Shown: positions 29,031-43,405 of the stretch, one piece after another
How the letters are laid out: every line of letters starts with the position of its first letter
Numbering within the stretch: the stretch's first letter is position 1
Assembly (NCBI GenBank): GCA_964016885.1
Contig: OZ024741.1
Location: 108,438,001-108,502,000 of the forward strand
Source: Eledone cirrhosa
Lineage: Eukaryota
Length of the DNA stretch: 64,000 bases
Direction: 5' to 3'
The notes under the pieces: generated by a model
Databases searched by the model: none
Told to the model about the DNA's origin: nothing
What the model saw: only the letters and a program-made list of their open reading frames with translations
Position numbers and translations under genes: made by a program

Positions 29031-29629
29031 TCAAATCAATGGTGGCGGTGCAAGCAGGCAATATAACCAAAAATATTCTAGCCATGACCATCCCAACCTA
29101 ACCACTCTACCCATCCTTCTCGCCCAACCCTAATCCCTCTACCCTACCCACCACACTCCATCCACTACCTACCTCTCCCACTCCCACCATATGCACCCTT
29201 ATTTTATCCACTCCACCCTATACACTCTACCCACCATAGACACTCTACCCAGACTGTCTACCACGCTATATTACCGTGTTTATCCAAGCCATCCTATTTC
29301 CCCCAACCTAACCACTCTACCCAGCCAGTCCACACCATCCAATTCACTCCAGTCCGACTACGTCACCCTAATCACCACCGCTCTATCCACCACCACACTA
29401 TCCAACCCACCCGATCCATACCCACCCTAAACCCTCTACCCATCCTATCCACAACCAACCTATCCATCACCCCACCCTAAACACCCTGCCAATCATATCC
29501 ACCTCCCACCCGAGCTGAATCATTTTCCACTGACTCACTTGTTTGTAATATTCGAAGATTCTAGAACCGTAAGATTGCAAACTCCGATTATACAAGCAGC
29601 AGCAATACCACCAGCGCCACCTACTTACC

Positions 29630-31640
29630 ACCATCACTATCACCACCATACCACCACCACCACAACAACCACCACCACCACCATACTACCACCAACAACA
29701 CCACAACCACCACCACCATGACCCACCTCCATCACTATCACCACCATACCACCACCACACCACCATACCACCAACAACAACACCATACCCACCACCACCA
29801 CCACAACCCACCTCCACCACTATCACCACCACCGCCACCAAAGCCACCACCAACATCACTACCACCACTACCAACATCACTACCACCAACACCAACACCA
29901 ATATCACCAGCATCACCACACCACAACTACCACCACCACCAACGGCGCCGCCACCATCACCACCACCAACATCACTACCACCACCACTGCCACCAACATC
30001 ACCAGCATCACCACACCACAACTACCACCACCACCACCACCAGCGCCGCCACCAGCACCTCCATAAACTACAACAACAGCAACACCAATAATATTATAAA
30101 CAACAACACTACGGATAATAACAACAACAACAACAACAACAATACAAATAGCGATAGCAACAATAACAACAGAAACAACAGTAATAAAGATAACGATAAC
30201 AGCAATAACAACAACAAAATAACAACAACAACAACAACAATAGTAACGATGACATCGAAACAATAACAACTACAACAACAACAACAATAGTAACGATGAC
30301 ATCAAAACAATAACAACTACAACAACAACAACAATAGTAACGATGACATCAGCACAATAACAACAACAACAACAATAGTAACGATGACATCAAAACAATA
30401 ACAACAGCAACAACAACAACAACAATAGTAACGATGACATCAAAATAATAACAACTACAACAACAACAATAGTAACGATGACATCAGCACAATAACAACA
30501 ACAACAACAATAGTAACGATGACATCAAAACAATAACAACTACAACAACAACAACAACAACAATAGTAACGATGACATCAAAACAATAACTACAACAACA
30601 ACAACAACAACAGTAACGATGACATCAAAACAATAACTACAACAACAACAACAACAACAGTAACGATGACATCAAAACAATAACAACTACAACAACAATA
30701 GTAACGATGATATCAAAACAATAACTACAACAACAACAACAACAACAACAGTAACGATGACATCAAAACAATAACAACTACAACAACAATAGTAACGATG
30801 ACATCAAAACAATAACTACAACAACAACAACAACAATAGTAACGATGACATCAACACAATAACAACAACAACAACAATAGTAAAGATGACATCAACACAA
30901 TAACAACTACAACAACAACAACAACAACAACAACAGTAACGATGACATCAAAACAATAACAACTACAACAACAACAACAACAATAGTAACGATGACATCG
31001 AAACAATAACAACAACAACAATAGTAAAGATGACATCAACACAATAACAACAACAACAACAACAACAACAGTAACGATGACATCAAAACAATAACAACAA
31101 CAACAACAACAACAACAATAGTAAAGATGACATCAACACAATAACAACAACAACAGTAACGATGACATCAAAACAATAACAACAACAACAACAACAACAA
31201 CAATAGTAAATATGACATCAACACAATAACAACAACAACAACAACAACAGTAACGATGACATCAAAACAATAACAACAACAACAACAGCAGCAGTAACGA
31301 TGACAGCAAAACAACAACAACAGCAGCAGTAACGATGACAGCAAAACAACAACAACAGCAGCAGTAACGATGACAGCAAAACAGCAACAACAGCAGCAGT
31401 AACGATGACAGCAAAACAACAACAACAGCAGCAGTAACGATGACAGCAAAACAGCAACAACAGCAGCAGTAACGATGACAGCAAAACAACAACAACAGCA
31501 GCAGTAACGATGACAGCAAAACAACAACAACAGCAGCAGTAACGATGACAGCAAAACAACAACAACAGCAGCAGTAACGATGACAGCAAAACAATAACAA
31601 TAGCAACAGTAACAACAAATGATAACATCAACAATAACCA
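29630..31640. repeat. (CAC)n/(CAA)n low complexity grading into minisatellites (variable unit with TAGTAACGATGACATCAAAAC; 35-bp unit at about 31290-31590)
   Basis: Read directly; GCAGTAACGA recurs every 35 bp from 31291. Confidence 0.9.
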
Positions 31641-31682
31641 AAGCTTCTTCAATAGCTACGCAGAGCTGACAATAGTAGCGAT

Positions 31683-32135
31683 AATTGTTTCTACTTTAGG
31701 CACAAGGCCAGCAATAACCCAGTACATTACTGGTACTTTATTTTATCGACCCCGTAAGGATGAAAGGCAAAGTTAACCAAGGCGGGATTTGAAGACAAAT
31801 CATAAAGGGACGTAACTCTATGCTTCAAAGCATGGCGTCCGACTCTCTACCGATACTGCCACTCCAAATAACAATAACAACAATAAAAACACGATAACAA
31901 CAGTAACAAATGTCAACAACAACAACAACAATTAAGGCATATAAGGTCAACAATCGTTGGCGAGAGAGAGGTAATTCGATTACATCTACCTCAGTGTATC
32001 ACATGTGCTTTATTTTATCGACCTGGTAAAGATGATAGGGAATGCTAACCACGGCGGGATTTGAACACAGAACGTAAATAAACGTAGCTATATGCCACAA
32101 CGCATGTTGTCCGACGCTCTACCGATACTGCTAAT
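31683..32135 (-). mobile_element. Two tRNA-derived SINE copies
   Basis: Reverse-complement matches to the 26905 family. Confidence 0.85.
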
Positions 32136-32337
32136 CCAACAAACACCCCAACAATAATAACGATCGCAGCATGATGCCATAAATGGAGTTATCGTACGTC
32201 ATTTTCACAAACAAAAAAAGCAGATCCCTTTACCCCTGTGCTTGTTGTTGTTGTTCTGTAGTCTTAACTCAACATTGATCAAAGCTGACATATTGCCAGC
32301 GGGTAATTTGGCTGGTCAGAGATATGAACACACAACA

Positions 32338-32515
32338 GGGCGTGGGTTTTTAATGGGTAAAGTGAATTTATGGTGTTCGTATCACAACGACGTGTGTCTG
32401 GATCTCAGTTCCGCTATACATAAACATGGGCAAGTGTCATCTATTATAGCCCTCGGTTGACCAAGGTCTTGTGAGTGGAATTTCCTTAAAGGAAACTGCG
32501 GAACTCATCGTGTAT
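32338..32515 (+). mobile_element. CORE-type SINE
   Basis: GGGCAAGTGTCATCTATTATAGCCCTCGGTTGACCAAGGTCTTGTGAGTGGA; homologous to 21267. Confidence 0.7.
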
Positions 32516-32531
32516 ACACACACACACACAT

Positions 32532-32630
<99 letters not shown>

Positions 32631-32634
32631 ATTG

Positions 32635-32898
32635 ATTCAACTTTTGGCACAAGGCCAGCTTTAAAACCAGTGTATTACTGGTGCTTCATTTTATCGACCC
32701 CATAATGATGAAAGGCAATATGATATAATTGTTTCTACGTTAGGCACAAGGCCAGCAATTATCAGTGTATTACTGGTACTTTATTTTATCGACCCCGTAA
32801 GGATGAAAGGCAAAGTCAACTTCGGCGGGATTTGAACTCAGATCGTATCCAGGGTATTTGCTGGCCTTGTGCCTAACGTAGAAACAATATGATATAAT
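32635..32898. mobile_element. SINE fragments including a copy with inverted 3' tails at both ends
   Basis: Perfect 31-bp inverted repeat 32728-32758 / 32858-32888 and 14-bp direct repeat 32716-32729 / 32885-32898. Confidence 0.75.
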
Positions 32899-32962
32899 AC
32901 ATTCAAATTAGAGGACGCACAGGACAAAGACAATGGAAATAAACAACAACGGAACGACCGAT

Positions 32963-32994
<32 letters not shown>

Positions 32995-33041
32995 TGTATG
33001 TATGTGTGTGTGTATGTATGTGTGTATGTATGTATGTGTGT

Positions 33042-33088
<47 letters not shown>

Positions 33089-33202
33089 AATGTATGTATA
33101 CATGTATGTATGAATGTATGTATACATGTATGTATGTATGTATGTATGTATGTATGTATGCGTGTATGAATGTATGTATGTGTGTATGCATGCATGCATG
33201 CA

Positions 33203-33233
<31 letters not shown>

Positions 33234-33443
33234 CTGTGTGTATGTATGTATGTATGTATATGTGTGTGTATGTGTGTATGTATGTATGTATGCATGAATG
33301 TGCCACAGGATGGTGCCAGTCTAATGCCCGAAAGTAGAAAAGTAATAAAAGAATATAGCTATAAATGTGCGTGTGTATGTGTGTGTGTGTCGAGTGTATA
33401 TGCCTGTCACATGAACTATTATAGGTGTAGATAAACAAAGAAC

Positions 33444-33500
<57 letters not shown>

Positions 33501-33661
33501 ACAGACTTAGATACTCACGCGCTTTGGTGTGTTTATCCAGGTGAAATAAGAACTGTTTTTCTACCCCTTTGCGCTTTCTCTTCCATACAAACTCACACAC
33601 ACGCACACAAACACAGACTTACACACACACACACAAACACAGACTCTCTCTCACACACACA

Positions 33662-33703
<42 letters not shown>

Positions 33704-34489
33704 AAACATGCGAACGTAGAAAAATGGACGTTACAATCCCTATATATATATATACATATATATATATAGTGGAACTCGCTTATTATAATCAGTATGGGTC
33801 GAAGATTTTTACGATAAACATAACCGGATATGAAAATTACCAGCGCTTGCAATAACCGGCTGAGAAGGAGAGAGAGGGGGGGAGAGGGGGGAGAGAGAGA
33901 GATTGAGAGAGAGAGAGATGGGCGGATAGATAAACATCATGCACACATACATATGTATATTGCAGTTTGCTTGAAGCAGTGTGGAATATAAAAATTGGGT
34001 AGGTTAGGAAACCGTTACAATTCAGGTAGGTTTGAAACAGCAAGGCAACTAAGTGGAAAAGGAATTGAAAGTAGAAAGATGTCTGATAGTTACCTTATTA
34101 AATGTTAATCCCTATACTGAATGGTAAATGAAAATATTGGGATTAATAAATGGTAAAAATGACATTTAACCAAAATTATCAACAGAATCCTAATAAATTA
34201 CTTTTAAATAATTATCTCTGTAACATATACACCATTAAGAAAGTTAGGTGGGGCCACAAGACTGCAGTTATGCACACACACACAGACACAATATGCATAT
34301 TCATGTAGCTAGGTGTACACTAAATATGGATATATGGGCACATTACTGCATATGTATATATATATATGTGTTTGTCATTATATATATATGTATGTATATA
34401 TAAATATATATACGTATATATATATATATTAAATATATATATATATGTATATATATGTGTGTATTTATGTATGTATGTATGTATGTATA

Positions 34490-34656
34490 AATGTCTTTCC
34501 ACCACTCCCCCACTCACCATCGGAACTCTCTTCGTACCCACTTTTCTCCTGATGAAGGGCTTATGCCCGAAACGTCACCCCCTCCTCATTCTCAAAAGCG
34601 CGAACCTAATAAACTACCATTTGTACTGTCTCTGTTTTTTGTTCCTGTCTAATATT

Positions 34657-34662
<6 letters not shown>
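34490..34662 (+). mobile_element. Penelope-like pseudo-LTR remnant with minimal hammerhead motif (34549-34576)
   Basis: CTGATGA-A-GGGC-TTAT-GCCC-GAAA-CG-TC, followed by AATAAA and a T-rich 3' end abutting (TA)n. Stem I does not pair. Confidence 0.6.
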
Positions 34663-34711
<49 letters not shown>

Positions 34712-34760
34712 GTTTATATGTATATGTATATGCGTGTGTGTGTGTGTATTCATATATATA

Positions 34761-34837
<77 letters not shown>

Positions 34838-34852
34838 AGTTTATGTTGGTTG

Positions 34853-35096
34853 TATACCAACACCTCAGTATGCAGGCTGGAGCACTCGACGAAGTGCGCA
34901 GGTTGGTTTGGTTACTCCGGAGTAGTGTAAAATAAAGTTAAATAAAAGTCAAATGATTAAAATTTAGCTTCGTTTATTACTGCTATATATAATTCAAACT
35001 GCCTGATGAGGTCACAGCCAAAGATGGCTGTCACTGCAATATATATAGCAGTAATAAACGAAGCTAAATTTTAATCATTTGACTTTTATTTAACAT

Positions 35097-35098
<2 letters not shown>
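34853..35098. mobile_element. Penelope-type element with 55-bp inverted arms and a truncated hammerhead 5' half
   Basis: Perfect inverted repeat 34937-34991 / 35040-35094. The spacer has CTGATGA (35003-35009) followed by an ACAGCC/GGCTGT hairpin. Confidence 0.6.
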
Positions 35099-35150
<52 letters not shown>

Positions 35151-35153
<3 letters not shown>

Positions 35154-35422
35154 ACGAAGGAAGTGTGGTAAGGAACCATTTGGACCATAACGCACCATAG
35201 TACTCAATACTTAGGGTAGTAGAGTGGGTAATAGGAAAATGTTCAAAACCCCGACGGCAGAGCTCAAGCTCTTTCGACGGCTATTTCTGGACTCAGAAAA
35301 TTTACTCAGGTAACGTCCAGAAATAGCCGTCGAAACGGCTTGAGCTCTGTCGTCGGGGTCTTGAACATTTTCCTATATTCACATATACACACACACACAC
35401 ACACACAAACATATATATATAT

Positions 35423-35484
<62 letters not shown>

Positions 35485-35623
35485 CGAAGGAAATGTGGTA
35501 AGGAACCAGGTGGACCATAACGCACCAAAGTACTCAATACTTAGGGTAGTAGAGTGGGTAATAGGAACAAGTAAGACCCCATCGAAACGGCTTGAGCTCA
35601 GCCGTCGGGGTCTTACTTGTTCC

Positions 35624-35625
<2 letters not shown>
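35151..35625 (-). mobile_element. Two copies of a short (TA)n-embedded repeat (family D) with fold-back 5' ends and a hammerhead-like 3' half
   Basis: Copies at 35151-35378 and 35481-35625 match 45676-45805 and 51645-51808. Motif GAAA-CGGCT-TGAGCTC-AGCCG-TC. Confidence 0.75.
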
Positions 35626-35658
<33 letters not shown>

Positions 35659-36234
35659 ATGATCGATTCATCACGTGAGCTAATAGCCGTCTCTACATCA
35701 CCCCAATCATTTCTATATGTCTACAACATCCCATGTGCGCCCAGGTGATCTTTCTATGAAATATACGACATGTTAGCACAGGTGACTCGGTATCCGTGTC
35801 GGAAGCTCGTAAGTAGCGGTATTTCATTGGTGTAAATCCATGTGACACCTCATTAACTGCAGCAATAAGCCCCATATATTCTGTCGAAAACCCGAACAAC
35901 TAATCCCCCGACCAGCCATCATTACATACATCCATCCATACATACACACATCCATACATACACACCTACTTACACACATACATACATTTAAACAAGCCTC
36001 ATTTCAAATAACGAATTAGCTTGCGTTTTCGCGCCAAATTACGAAATTATATTCCAGCACTTTTACTGTTGTTGTTTTTACTATTAGGGCTGCTGTTTCT
36101 CATGTTTTCTTTTCTCTTGTTGTTGTTGTTGTTGTTGTTGTTACTGTTGTTACTGTTGTTTCTCTTTCTAGGGCATCTATTACTGTTGTTGGTACCGTTG
36201 TTATTGCTATTGAAGTTGTTATTGTTGTTACTTT

Positions 36235-37645
36235 TGTTATTACAGTTGTAGTTGCTGCTGTTGTTATTACAGTTGTAGTTGCTGCTGTCGTTATTACAGT
36301 TGTAGTTGCTGCTGTCGTTATTACAGTTGTAGTTGCTGCTGTCGTTATTACAGTTGTAGTTGCTGCTGTTGTTATTACAGTTGTAGTTGCTGCTGTGTTA
36401 TTACAGTTGTAGTTGCTGCTGTCGTTATTACAGTTGTAGTTGCTGCTGTTGTTATTACAGTTGTAGTTGCTGCTGTTGTTATTACAGTTGTAGTTGCTGC
36501 TGTCGTTATTACAGTTGTAGTTGCTGCTGTTGTTATTACAGTTGTAGTTGCTGCTGTGGTTATTACAGTTGTAGTTGCTGCTGTTGTTATTACAGTTGTA
36601 GTTGCTGCTGTCGTTATTACAGTTGTAGTTGCTGCTGTTGTTATTACAGTTGTAGTTGCTGCTGTTGTTATTACAGTTGTAGTTGCTGCTGTAGTTATTA
36701 CAGTTGTAGTTGCTGCTGTTGTTATTACAGTTGTAGTTGCTGCTGTTGTTATTACAGTTGTAGTTGCTGCTGTCGTTATTACAGTTGTAGTTGCTGCTGT
36801 TGTTATTACAGTTGTAGTTGCTGCTGTGGTTATTACAGTTGTAGTTGCTGCTGTTGTTATTACAGTTGTAGTTGCTGCTGTCGTTATTACAGTTGTAGTT
36901 GCTGCTGTTGTTATTACAGTTGTAGTTGCTGTTGTTATTACAGTTGTAGTTGCTGCTGTCGTTATTACAGTTGTAGTTGCTGCTGTCGTTATTACAGTTG
37001 TAGTTGCTGCTGTTGTTATTACAGTTGTAGTTGCTGCTGTTGTTATTACAGTTGTAGTTGCTGCTGTCGTTATTACAGTTGTAGTTGCTGCTGTCGTTAT
37101 TACAGTTGTAGTTGCTGCTGTTGTTATTACAGTTGTAGTTGCTGCTGTTGTTATTGCTGGTGTAGTTGCTGCTGTTGATATTACAGTTGTAGTTGCTGTT
37201 GTTGTCGTTATTACAGTTGTAGTTGCTGTTGTTGTCGTTATTGCTGGTGTAGTTGCTGTTGTTGTCGTTATTGCTGGTGTAGTTGCTGCTGTTGTTATTA
37301 CAGTTGTAGTTGCTGCTGTCGTTATTACAGTTGTAGATGTTGCTGTCGTTATTGCTGGTGTAGTTTTTGTTGTTGTCGTTATTGCTGGTGTAGTTGCTGC
37401 TGTTGTTATTACAGTTGTAGTTGCTGCTGTCGTTATTACAGTTGTAGATGTTGCTGTCGTTATTGCTGGTGTAGTTGTTGTTGTTGTCGTTATTGCTGGT
37501 GTAGTTGCTGCTGTTGTTATTACAGTTGTAGTTGTTGCTGTCGTTATTACAGTTGTAGATGCTGCTGTCGTTATTGCTGGTGTAGTTGCTGTTGTTGTCG
37601 TTATTGCTGGTGTAGTTGCTGCTGTCGTTATTGCTGGTGTAGTTG
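36235..37645. repeat. 27-bp minisatellite (GTTATTACAGTTGTAGTTGCTGCTGTY)
   Basis: Regular 27-bp period; source of the VITVVVAAV pseudo-ORF. Confidence 0.95.
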
Positions 37646-40600
37646 CTGTTTTTGTTGTTGTCACTGCTGTTACTGTTGTTGTGGTTGTCACTGCTGCTGT
37701 TATTGTTGTTGTCACTGCTGTTACTGTTGTTGTGGTTGTCACTGCTGCTGTTATTGTTGTTGTCACTGCTGTTATTGTTGTTGTGGTTGTCACTGCTGCT
37801 GTTATTGTTGTTGTCACTGCTGTTACTGTTGTTGTTGTTGTCACTGCTGTTACTTTTGTTGTTGTTGTCACTGCTGCTGTTATTGTTGTTGTCATTGCTG
37901 TTACTGTTGTTGTGGTTGTCACTGCTGCTGTTATTGTTGTTGTCACTGCTGTTACTGTTGTTGTGGTTGTCACTACTGCTGTTATTGTTGTTGTCACTGC
38001 TGTTATTGTTGTTGTCACTGCTGTTACTGTTGTTGTCACTGCTGTTACTGTTGTTGTGGTTGTCACTGCTACTGTTACTGGTGTTGTGGTTGTCACTACT
38101 GCTGTTATTGTTGTTGTCACTGCTGTTATTGTTGTTGTCACTGCTGTTACTGTTGTTGTGGTTGTCACTACTGCTGTTATTGTTGTTGTCACTGCTGTTA
38201 TTGTTGTTGTGGTTGTCACTGCTGCTGTTATTGTTGTTGTCACTGCTGTTACTGTTGTTGTTGTTGTCACTGCTACTGTTATTGTTGATGTCACTGCTGT
38301 TACTGTTGTTGTGGTTGTCACTGCTGCTGTTATTGTTGTTGTCACTGCTGTTACTGTTGTTGTGGTTGACACTGCTACTGTTATTGTTGTTGTCACTGCT
38401 GTTGCTGTTGTTGTTGTTGTCACTGCTGCTGTTATTGTTGTTGTCACTGCTGTTACTGTTGTTGTCACTGCTGTTACTGTTGTTGTGGTTGTCACTGCTG
38501 CTGTTATTGTTGTTGTCACTGCTGTTACTGTTGTTGTGGTTGACACTGCTGCTGTTATTGTTGTTGTCACTGCTGTTACTGTTGTTGTTGTTGTCACTGC
38601 TGCTGTTATTGTTGTTGTCACTGCTGTTACTGTTGTTGTGGTTGTCACTGCTGCTGTTATTGTTGTTATCACTGCTGTTACTGTTGTTGTGGTTGTCACT
38701 GCTGCTGTTATTGTTGTTGTCACTGATGTTACTGTTGTTGTTGTTGTCACTGCTGCTGTTATTGTTGTTGTCACTGCTGTTACTGTTGTTGTGGTTGTCA
38801 CTGCTGCTGTTATAGTTGTTGTCACTGCTGTTACTGTTGTTGTGGTTGTCACTGCTGCTGTTATTGTTGTTGTCACTGCTGTTACTGTTGTTGTGGTTGT
38901 CACTGCTGTTACTGTTGTTGTCATTGTTGTTACTGTTGTTGTTACTGCTGTTACTGTTGTTGTCACTGCTGCTGTTATTGTTGTTGTCACTGCTGTTACT
39001 GTTGTTGTGGTTGTCACTGCTGCTGTTACTGTTGTCACTGCTGTTACTGTTGTTGTCATTGTTGTTACTGTTGTTGTTACTGCTGTTACTGTTGTTGTCA
39101 CTGCTGCTGTTATTGTTATTGTCACTGCTGTTACTGTTGTTGTCATTGTTGTTACTGTTGTTGTCACTGCTGCTGTTACTGTTGTTGTCACTGCTGTTAC
39201 TCTTGTTGTTGTTGTCACTGCTGTCATTGTTGTTGTTACAGTTGCTGTTCCTTTTGTTTTCACTGCTGTTACTGTTGTTGTCACTGCTGTTACTGTTGTT
39301 GTTACTGTTGTTGTCACTGCTGTTACTGTTGTTGTCACTGCTGTTACTGTTGTTGTCACTGTTGTTGTCACTGCTGTTACTGTTGTTGTCATTGTTGTTA
39401 CTGTTGTTTTCACTGCTGTTACTGTTGTTCTTACTGGTGTTATGGTTGTTGTCACATCTGTTACTGTTGTTGTGATTGTCACTGCTAATACTATTGTTGT
39501 CATTGTGTGTTACTTTTGTTGTCACTGCTGCTGTTACTGTTGTTGTCACTGCTGTTACTGTTGTTGTTGTTGTCACTGCTGTTACTGTTTTTGTCAATGC
39601 TGTTACTGTTGTTGTCACTGCTGTTATTGTTGTTGTTGCAGTTGCTGTTACTTTTGTTGTCACTGCTGTTACTGTTGTTGTCACTGCTGTTACTGTTGTT
39701 GTCACTGCTGTTACTGTTGTTGTCACTGCTGTTACTGTTGTTGTCACTGTTGTTACTGTTGTTGTTACTGTTGTTGTTACTGTTGTTGTCACTGCTGTTA
39801 CTGTTGTTGTTGTTTTCACTGTTGTTACGGCTGTGACTGTTGTTGTTACTGTTGTTGTCACTGCTGTTACTGTTGTTGTTACTGTTGCTGTTACTGTTGT
39901 TGTCACTGTTGTTACTGCTGTTGTCACTGCTGTTACTGTTGTTCTTACTGCTGTTATGGTTGTTGTCACTGCTGTTACTCTTGTTGTTGTTGTCACTGCT
40001 GATTTTATTGTTGTTGTCACAGCTGTTACTGGTATTGTTGTTGTCAGTGCTGTTACTGTTGTTGTCATTGCTGTTACTGTTGTTGTTACAGTTGCTGTTA
40101 CTGTTGTTGTTAAAGCTGTTACTGTTGTTGTTTCTGTTGCTGTTACTGTTGTTGTCTCTGTTGTTACTGTTGTTGTCACTGCTGTTACTGTTGTTCTTAC
40201 TGCTGTTATGGTTGTTATCACTGCTGTTACTCTTGTTGTTGTTGTCACTGCTGATTTTATTGTTGTTGTCACGGCTGTTACTGGTGTTGTTGTTGTCAGT
40301 GCTGTTACTGTTGTTGTTACAGCTGTTACTGTTGTTGTCATTGCTGTTACTGTTGTTGTCACAGCTGTTACTGTTGTTGTTACTGTTGTTGTCACTGCTG
40401 TTCCTGTTGTTGTTACTGCTGTTACTGTTGTTGTTACTGCTGTTACTGTTGTTGTCACTTCTGCTGTCACTGTTGTTGTCACTGCTGTTACTGTTGGTGT
40501 CACTACTCCTGTTACTGTTGTTGTCACTGCTGTTATTGTTGTTGTTATTGCTGCTGTTATTGTTTTTGTTACTGCTGTTACTGTTGTCACTGTTGCTGTT

Positions 40601-41300
40601 ACTCTTGTTGTCACTCTTGTTACTGTTGTTGTCACTGCTGTTACTGTTGTTGTCACTGATGTTACTGTTGTTGTTACTGCTGTTACTGTTGGTGTCACTG
40701 CTGTTACTGTTGGTGTCACTGCTGTTAATGTTGTTGTCACTGCTGTTACTGTTGTTGTTACTGCTGTTACTGTTGTTGTCACTGCTGTTACTGTTGTTGT
40801 TACTGCTACTGTTACTGTTGGTGTTACAGCTGTTACTGTTGTTGTTACTGTTGTTACTGTTGTTGTCACTGCTGTTACTGTTGTTGTCACTGCTGTTACT
40901 GTTGTTGTCACTGCTGTTACTGTTGTTGTCGCTGCTGTTACTGTTGTTGTCACTGCTGTTACTGTTGTTGTCACAGCTGTTACTGTTGTTGTCACTGTTG
41001 TTACTGTTGTTGTCACTGCTGTTACTGTTGTTGTAACTGCTGTTACTGATGTTGTTACTGCTACTGTTAGTGTTGTTGTTACATCTGTTACTGTTGTTGT
41101 TACTGATGTTACTGTGGTTGTCACTGCTGTTACTGCTGTTGTCGCTGCTGTTACTGTTGTTGTCACTGCTGTTACTGTTGTTGTCATTGCTGTTACTGTT
41201 GTTGTCACTGCTGTTACTGATGTTGTTACTGCTACCGTTAGTGTTGATGTTACAGCTGTTACTGTTATTATAGTTGCTGTTATTACTACTGTTATTTGTA
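37646..41300. repeat. 21-27-bp minisatellite (GTCACTGCTGTTACTGTTGTT)
   Basis: Read directly from sequence. Confidence 0.95.
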
Positions 41301-41547
41301 TGGTTACTCTAGGTATTTTAGTCATTGTTGTTGATACTACTGTTATACATTGTAGCCAGTATTATCCTGGTTACCTTACCTCTTACCTTAGTACTGTGCT
41401 TCTTTTCTCTCTCGCTTACCCTCCCGGTCTCTCTCTATCTCTCTCTCTCTCTCTCTTTCTCTCTTCCTCCCCGTCTCTGTCTCTCTCTTTCTCTCTCCGT
41501 CCTCTTCTCTCTCCCTCCCTGTCTCTTTCTCTCTCTCCGTCTCTCTC

Positions 41548-41600
<53 letters not shown>

Positions 41601-41739
41601 CTAGCTTTCGTTCTTTCTTTCCCGCTTTCATATATCCCCACATACACGCACACACAAACACACATGCACACACGCACACACACAAACTCGCAGAAGCAGT
41701 ACTTTGGGGGAAATCTCTGTATGTATGTGTATGTGCATG

Positions 41740-41809
<70 letters not shown>

Positions 41810-42749
41810 TCTGTGTGTGTGTGTGTGTGTTTGTATCCACAGGCGACGAATTAACAAAGTCGTTGAGTGTTTCCTCCGGTATTTTTTACCTTGATTTCAA
41901 ATTCCGCCGAGATCAAATTTACAATTTCGGGGATTGATGATACAAAGCACCAGTCGATTGGCAGAATTTTTACAGTAGTGGATGAGATGATGCCTAGCGG
42001 TTCTTTTTCTTGTTCTATCTTAATACTCCACCCTGTTTAATACTACGACCTGTCGTTGTTTCCCTTTAGAGGAGCACACACTCTTGCAAGGATTCAGGGC
42101 ATGTCTCTGGTTTGTGGATATCTTCTATCTTTGCTACCAGTTCCGCTGGCCATGAGAAACAAGATCATAAGCCTTGCACTTTACTTCGTACCCCTAGTGT
42201 TCGAAATCACAATGATTACATGCAGAATTAGCTGACGAAGAAATATGAATACTTGGTGTTTGTTTAGCTTCGTTCATTATCTGTTGTCTCTGCCTCCCCT
42301 TTTTCCTCTTTTTTCCTTTTTTTTTCTATGCAATATATTGATTGTCTGTGGGTCGAATCAAATTTACTACTTTGATAATTTGATATTTAATAGAATTCAT
42401 AGCTTTAACCATAAAAATTCTAAAGTAGAAACTGCTCTGATTTTTAAAAAAAACGTAAAGAGTAGCATACAGTCGTTAAACGTGACATATAGCCCGTTCT
42501 GGCACCTCTGCAGGGAATCCGGGAATTTTCAAGGTTACTACTTAAACATTGCATAAAGTAACTTAGTGCAACAATAATAATGTGTAGAAGTAGGGAGGAA
42601 CTAAAAGCTTCAGCTCACTGGTAAAGATTTTCGTTTCTCATTGACTGGAGATAGTATGTTTACATCTGTTGTCCAGATGTTTTCCATAACAAACAGATGT
42701 TTGTGGAGAGGTGTGAAAGTGGTGGGACCAGAAAACAGTTGTGTTTATG

Positions 42750-42812
<63 letters not shown>

Positions 42813-43078
42813 TTGAGTGTCTGTGTGTGTGTCTGTATACATGTATGTGCGTACGCTTGTATATTTGTGTGTAATTATGTGTGCATGTGCATGTCTATGT
42901 GTGTCTATATGCATGTATGTGAGTGTATGCCTCTCTATATGTATGTGCCTCTTTCGAAGGCACATACACACACATACACACAAACATATATAGAAATACA
43001 CCTACATACATTCATAAAAACATAGATACACTGATACGCGAGGCATATACCCCTTCTCTCTGTATTACATATGTGTGT

Positions 43079-43405
43079 GTTGGAACTCCGTCAATTTCGA
43101 CCACGACTTTTCCAATGTTTAGAAAACGAAGCAGCTTGTTACTGAAATGAACGTACAAGTGGCTGAGCATCCTACATGACCATACAAACTTAACAAAATT
43201 ATCAAGGACATGAAACGCATGGCATCGTATGAGGTGCCTGGCTTTTTGAACCACAAGTACATCCCATTTTTTACCATCTGGTTTGATTGGGACCAATGTG
43301 AAATAAATTATATTGCTCAAGGTCACAACACGTTGGCGGTAATCGAACTCATGTGCTTTCGATCGTCAGCCAAACACACTAAGCCACGTGTTTCCATAGC
43401 CTTAC
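43079..43405 (-). mobile_element. Degraded tRNA-derived SINE (long-bodied family)
   Basis: Minus-strand head ...GAGTTCGATTACC...GTGTTGTGACCTTGAGCAA. Homologous head at 51465-51590. Confidence 0.65.

Noticed and set aside
36100-41854. 1741/1148/1042-aa ORFs
   Set aside because: Minisatellite translation artefacts inside the Pc intron.
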